Assembly: GCA_028534125.1 (NCBI GenBank)
Contig: CM052817.1
Span: 31,870,001 to 31,934,000 of the forward strand
Source: Lama glama
Taxonomy: Eukaryota
Direction: 5' to 3'
DNA length: 64,000 nucleotides
In this document: piece by piece, positions 58,071-64,000 of the stretch
How the letters are laid out: every line of letters begins with the position of its first letter
How positions within the stretch are numbered: the stretch's first letter is position 1
The notes under the pieces: generated by a model
Told to the model about the DNA's origin: nothing
The model's input: the letters and a program-made list of their open reading frames with translations, nothing else
Database searches by the model: none
Program-made: the position numbers and the translations under genes

Positions 58071-58863
58071 GATGCTCAACATCGCTAATTATTAGAGAAA
58101 TGCAAATCAAAACTACAATGAGGTACCACCTCACACCAGTTAGAATGGTCATCATCAAAAAGTCTACAAATAACAAATGTTGGAGAGGGTGTAGAGATAA
58201 GGGAACCATCCTGCACTGTTGGTGGAAATGTAAATTGGTGCCGCCACTGTGGAAAACACTATGGAGATTCCTTAAAAAACTAAAAACAGAGTTGCCATAT
58301 GATCCAGCAATCCCACTCCTGGGCATTTATCTGGAGAAAACTCTAATTCAAAAAGATACATGCACCCTAATGTTCACAGCAGCACTATTTACAACAACCA
58401 AGACATGGAAGCAACCTAAATGCCCATCAACAGATGACTGGATAAAGATGTGATGTGTGTATGTGTGTATGTGTAAATATATATACAGTGAAATACCACT
58501 CAGCTATAGAAAGAATAAAATAATGTCATTTGCAGCAACATGGATGGACCTTAAGATTATCATATTAAGCGAAGTGAGTCAGAGAAGGACAAATATCAAA
58601 TATCACTTACATGTGGAATCTAAAAAAATGAGGCAAATGAACTTATTTGCAAAACAGAAACAGACTTACAGACATAGAAAGTAAACTTATGGTTACCAAA
58701 GGGGAAAGGGGCTTGGGGAGGGATAAATTAGGAGTTTGGGATTAGCAGATACAAACTACTATATATGAAATAGATAATGACAAGGTCCTACCCTATAGCA
58801 CAGGGAACTATACTCAATATCCCGTAATAAACTAATGGAAAAGCATATGATAAAGAACACATA

Positions 58864-58901
<38 letters not shown>

Positions 58902-58970
58902 CTCACTTTGTTGTACACCAGAAACTAATATAACATTGTAAATCAATTATACTTCAATTTAAAAAATAAA
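58071..58970 (+). mobile_element. 5'-truncated L1 (ORF2 C-terminus and 3'UTR)
   Basis: [16 protein letters not shown]...[12 protein letters not shown] peptide; imperfect TSD at 58055-58070 and 58990-59005 (14/16). Confidence 0.95.
58869..58899. repeat. (TG)n microsatellite within an L1 3'UTR
   Basis: Directly visible. Confidence 0.95.
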
Positions 58971-61900
58971 TAACATGGACACACATACAAAATCATTCTC
59001 TACTCATCTCATTCCTTTCTAAAAAGCAACTAGCCTGCCCTGTTATTTCTCTACCCAATACGGGATGTATGTATCAAACAAAAATGAGCTGTTTTGGAGA
59101 TACAAAATCCAACCACTGAGAGCAATGGTTCTGCAAAAATTAAACTGAAAAGATCATGTATTAAGGAAATCCAGTTAGTAATAGTTAGCATCCCCCACTT
59201 CCTCGCTAGTCAAATACAGATAGCAGCCTTTAAAACTCAATTAAAAGGCATTTGGAATTTTACATAACAAATGCTATGTTTTAGTTTGTCCCTAGTAGTG
59301 AATTGTGCTGAATATCTCAAGAGAGGTATACTAGTATACTATTTAAATGTTTATGTCCCATGGAGTCATTAACACTGGGTAATACAATGAAAACAGTATC
59401 TTAATGTGAGTCTTAATTGTTTTTGTAAAAATCATGTGAAACAGCAATTCACTTAATCAGCTTATCTAGCCAGTGTTATAAAAATAACTATATTCTTTTA
59501 ACTAAAGAATTTTTGTTAAAGAAACCATAAGCATCTATAAATATTTCTGGAGCTAAAAGTAGCAGGAAAATTTATATATATTGCAAACTAATTTATTCTC
59601 AATTGATCCTCTCACAAAGTGTAATTATCAATCCATATCACAATCTTGTCTAACATCTCTTAGAAATAACTTTTAAATTTTTGAATTAATAATGAAAGAA
59701 GTTGGTAACAAGTATAAAGCTATGAGATTATATACCAGTTTTTCTCTAAAAGAATACTTCCTTCTTTGCATTATTGATATGAAATCTCTTCATACTCTTG
59801 ATTTCTCATTAAATGAGCAAAACTATAATACCCCTTAGGAGAGCTGTGCCAGTTCTTTGTATGATTTCTGGATAAACTACTACATTATAACTATTCCAGA
59901 ACCACCAGTAAACAGGAAGTAAAATTCATTCATGCTCAGTCGCAAGTAACCTATGTACAGACTGTTGAAAACCATGTGGGTTTTTTTCTTATGTAGACTA
60001 CAAATTTAGTATCAAATCTTGAGATTCAAGAAAAGGGCCTCATCAGCAGATTGAAATTTAAGAAAACAAATCTCTCTACAGATATTCCCAAAGAAGTCCT
60101 TTAAGTTAATTTTAATAGTCATCCCCTAAAGTTAAATTTTATTTTTGAAGAGAAAAACTGAAGAGAGCTATTCCAGAGGACATAGCTGCTGAAATTTCAA
60201 ACAACAGGTTCTTCAGTATTCTATGATTTTTCTTTATTTTGACTGTGATTGGTAAAAAGATATACAGTGTAGAAAATCCTTAATCATTAAACTGAGTGCT
60301 TATTTGCAAATTAATATAAGTTACAAAATCTTATTACACCTTATAACATATATGCTGTGTTAAAATGTGTAAGATAGTCAAAAAAAAAAGAGTCATATTA
60401 AACTAATGGGCATAGCATATTATATTTAAACACCAGATCTGCTTATATATGCTGTGGTATAGTGAAGAAAACAATCAAATGATTCAAGACTGAAAGTTAA
60501 AGAAAGTAAATTTTTAGTAACAAATAACTGCATGTATTAATATATTCATATTTTTCACTTATGAATATATACACTGTTAAACACAAAATGAAACACTAAA
60601 TGATTTAGAGATTTTTAACTGAAATTAAGAAGCACTAATCCATCAATGGCCTCATCTCCCTTCATCCATCCAAATAAGAGTATAAAAAATGACTTCTAAT
60701 ACTAGTATATTCTAGATATCAATATATATTTCTTTTTAAAACTTAAAAGTGCCTTCTCCTCTCTTTTACATAATTTTTTAAAACAGAAAGTATGGTTTCT
60801 CCTAAATATAACCCTATTCTTTAAACAGACAAGAAATCGTATTAGGGAGAATACAAAGAAACAGAGGTACTCACACGTAGCCCTGGGGAGCTTAAATTGA
60901 GAAGTTTTTGAAAGGTAACTTAACATTGTCTATCAAAATTTTAAGTGAACATAGAAATTTATACTAAGAAGCAATCACACAAAGGTATAAACTAATATAT
61001 AAATGACTATATATTACATAATTATTTTAATAACTAAAGATTAAAGTCACTCTAAATATTCATCGAGAAGGGAGTGATTGAATAAATTATTACATCCAGA
61101 CAATGGAATGCATTTTAAATAAGACAGAAAGATGTTTATGATGTGCTAAATGAAAAAGTATCAGATAGTAAGTCTCACTTTAAAATTCTATAAATAAAAA
61201 TGTTTATGAACATATTAAGATATTCACAGAAATATATATCAGATTCAGAGGGTTTACAGAAAATCTCTTCTTTCTATTAAATATTAGATTAATTTATGTG
61301 AGCAGTTATATATTCCCCAAAATAAAAAAAATTCATTACAGAACATTTTAAAGTGCTTTAGTCAAAATTTTTAAACTTAGGCATTCTTCCATCTTCTTCC
61401 TAAAGGATTTTCTTTTCTTTTAACATTTGCTAGTTACTATATGCAAACCTAATTTTCCTCTGAACACATAATGAATATCACCTTTTCAAACTTTAAAAGA
61501 CATTATATTCAACTTTGCAGGATTATATGAAATAAAGGTACTAGTACACAAAAATAATCATCATTACATTAAAAAATGTGACTTTCTTATATTTCACCCC
61601 ATATATCCACTATCTTTAGAACAAAAGAATGGGACTTTTTTTAGTTTAAGTGATTTCTATGGTGATAGATAAAACTCACTATCTTATTTTTCACTTTACA
61701 TACCCTATAGGTTGCAGCAGTAACATTTTTTCCAATAAATATAACCCTTCATCATAAAAATATTTTCACCAAGATCACCAAACTGTTAACTTTTATTAAT
61801 GTCTTTATCTTGATTTATAGCAATCCATATTTCTCCATCCAAACTCAAAGCAAAAATTTTGATACTAAAACAATTTAGGCCAATTATATTTTTACTGTAT

Positions 61901-62027
61901 TAAACATTTAAATATTTAAACTTGATTTTCAAAATAAAGATCTATGCTCAATAGAATTCATATTTGTAAAAATAATTTTAATTTCCTAAAATACTTTTTA
62001 AAGGATTGAAAATACATTTTACTTTAC

Positions 62028-62229
62028 CTAGTTGTTGATGTTGGTGTTTGTCATAATGACTGTGATAGAAATTGATTCCACCTTCCTGGTCTACAGTCTT
62101 CTCTGATGAGAGCAAACTAAGACGTTTCATCTTCAGTAATCTTGGAAACCTTTCCTGAAAGCTGTCTCTAGTGTCCAAGACCACATCCCCCGAAAGAACG
62201 GGAGGAACAACTCTCTTCAAAAAATCCAT
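62028..62229 (-). CDS. FRYL: Candidate alternative first coding exon B of FRYL (MDFLKRVVPPVLSGDVVLDT...HYDKHQHQQL + 1 nt)
   Basis: Strong Kozak context (AAAATGG); 202 nt = 67 codons + 1; donor TAG|GTAAAG; phase 1 fits the acceptor at 24405; no repeat recognised. Confidence 0.62.
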
Positions 62230-63909
62230 TTTAAGGTTCTTCTACATTATTAGACCCATGAGCGCACAGGAAGGTGCTTGTACCAACTTCTTTGGTGGGA
62301 AGGTAAGGTACAACTATTCATGTCAAACAGCAAAGAAACGTCATGTAGATTTAGGTGGTGCTAATCATGGGTCGACTGCCAGCTGTTTTGAAGCTGATTT
62401 TTAAGACATTTGCTGTTCATACTGATAACGAGCCAAACAGCTACAGACGGTGAAACTGTACTTCACGTATTCATACACATGTACATGTACAGTGGGTGTT
62501 AACAGCAATATGGAGACTATAAAATGTATCCATCTAGTTTCACATTTAGACTTTGAAAACCTACACTGTGATAATGCTAAAACAAATTTACTTTGGTCGG
62601 AGGTGTGTCTTACTTTTAAATACACTTAACAGCTTAAGTATGAAATAGTAACTTGTATTCAAAAGATAATTCCTATTATCTGAAAACTCAGTAACAGACC
62701 TCAGAAAGATCAAGTTTTATAAGACATGAAATGGAATAATTTAAAATATTCTGTATTATGAACAGCTCAATGTACTTTTAGATACACACACACACACAAA
62801 AACTCATTACAATCAATCATAAGTATTAACAGTAGCAATAGAAACCTTGGCATGAATTACCCCCTAAAACTGGTAATTTAAAATAAATTAATCTAAAAAA
62901 AAGTTGAAGAATTTAAAGTGTAAATATTTAATTCAGAAAACCCAGTAATTAGCCTTACATAGTTTATTTCCAAATAACTGAATATTCTACTAAATATTTT
63001 AAAGTAGCAAAAGTAGCTGATCCTACTGCCTTAATATAACCCAGAAGCATGACAAAATAGGCCAGTCAAAGATGCCCACATACCACTTTATGAGCTGAAA
63101 TTAGTATCTTCTCTCCTTTCCTTTGCCTGCCCTCTGGTGGGGGTACAAAGTGACCAAGACAGAAATGGAAAAAACAAAATAAAGGAATGGATAAGGCATC
63201 AATTTTCCTAAGTAATCAAACTGATAACTTTGACAGATATACATTTTAATAATTTAAAAAATCTGATTCACTTAGTGAAACACAAACATAATCTCATTCT
63301 TCCAATACAAAAAGAAAGTGATTTACATATTTTAAAAGATGACGTACCTAATTGTCTATACAGACATCAGGGGAAACTGTTGTAATGTAAAAACAAGTAA
63401 ATTCTGGTCTGAATTGCTGAGTTTTTAATCCTTATTCTTCTGCCACATTAATAAAGAAGTCAATTATTCTTTATTTCACTCATTTAAAAGAGGTTAACAT
63501 GATGGTCCTCTACATGGAAAACATTAATATGGTATGAAGATTCAGAGAAAATTTAGAGGATTTATTAATGCAAATTCTGTCTCAGGGAGTCCTACAGTAA
63601 AAAGGGGAAAAAACAAGAAAGTCAGGTAAAGGACTTACATTTTTTGCCCTAAAGCAGGTCTGCACCAATTAGGGAAAAACAAACAAACAAACAAAACATT
63701 GACTTTTAAAAAATCCTTCTCAGAAGCTAGATTCTCTCTTAACCCTGGAGCATAAAAGGATAAAAATTCATATCTGATCAACCAATTCTCTACACACAGA
63801 AAAAACAACAGGCTAGAACCATAATCTATATCCTTTAATAGCCTAGAAGTTATCACTGTGTCTTCCAGGGTTTCTGGTTTCTGTTTTTTACATCTTAACT
63901 TCATTCATT

Positions 63910-64000
63910 CATTTTTTAAAAATCGAAGTATAACTGACTTACAACATTATATTAGTTTCAGGTGTACAACATAGTGAGTCAATGTTTTTATACATTATGA
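63910..64000 (-). mobile_element. L1 3' end, truncated by the window edge
   Basis: GAAGTATAACTGACTTACAACATTATATTAGTTTCAGGTGTACAAC is similar to the reverse complement of 58910-58955. Confidence 0.85.

Noticed and set aside
58045..58684. ORFs with protein-like content (also 29755-29991, 34020-34504, 50689-50889)
   Set aside because: L1 ORF1/ORF2 remnants or their antisense frames; fragmented and 5'-truncated.
62171..62404. Plus-strand ORF and AAG|GTAAGG donor-like motif suggesting an antisense exon
   Set aside because: No partner exon or other support visible.

Overview
AT-rich, intron-dominated mammalian DNA, probably camelid (inferred from its tRNA-derived SINE family). It holds the 5' part of FRYL (furry-like scaffold protein) on the minus strand. 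Eight coding exons from the usual Met at 24325 down to 913 splice with GT-AG sites and consistent phases into 834 nt (278 aa), and the gene runs off the left end. The main observation is that the 80 nt before this Met stay open in frame and require a phase-1 partner, and two upstream phase-1 exon candidates exist. Exon A (44841-44913, MLSLQDSVFFEISIKSLLKSWSSS) resembles the N-terminus of the paralogue FRY and is missing from the ORF track. Exon B (62028-62229) encodes 67 codons. They predict FRYL isoforms extended by 51 and 94 aa, each preceded by an in-frame uORF; exon A's leader also has a GCN repeat. The rest is L1, L2, MIR, LTR and DNA-transposon remnants, SINEs, microsatellites and a 100-N gap. 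I found no prokaryote-type system, and I cannot tell whether the alternative exons are already annotated. Repeat boundaries and family names are by eye and approximate.
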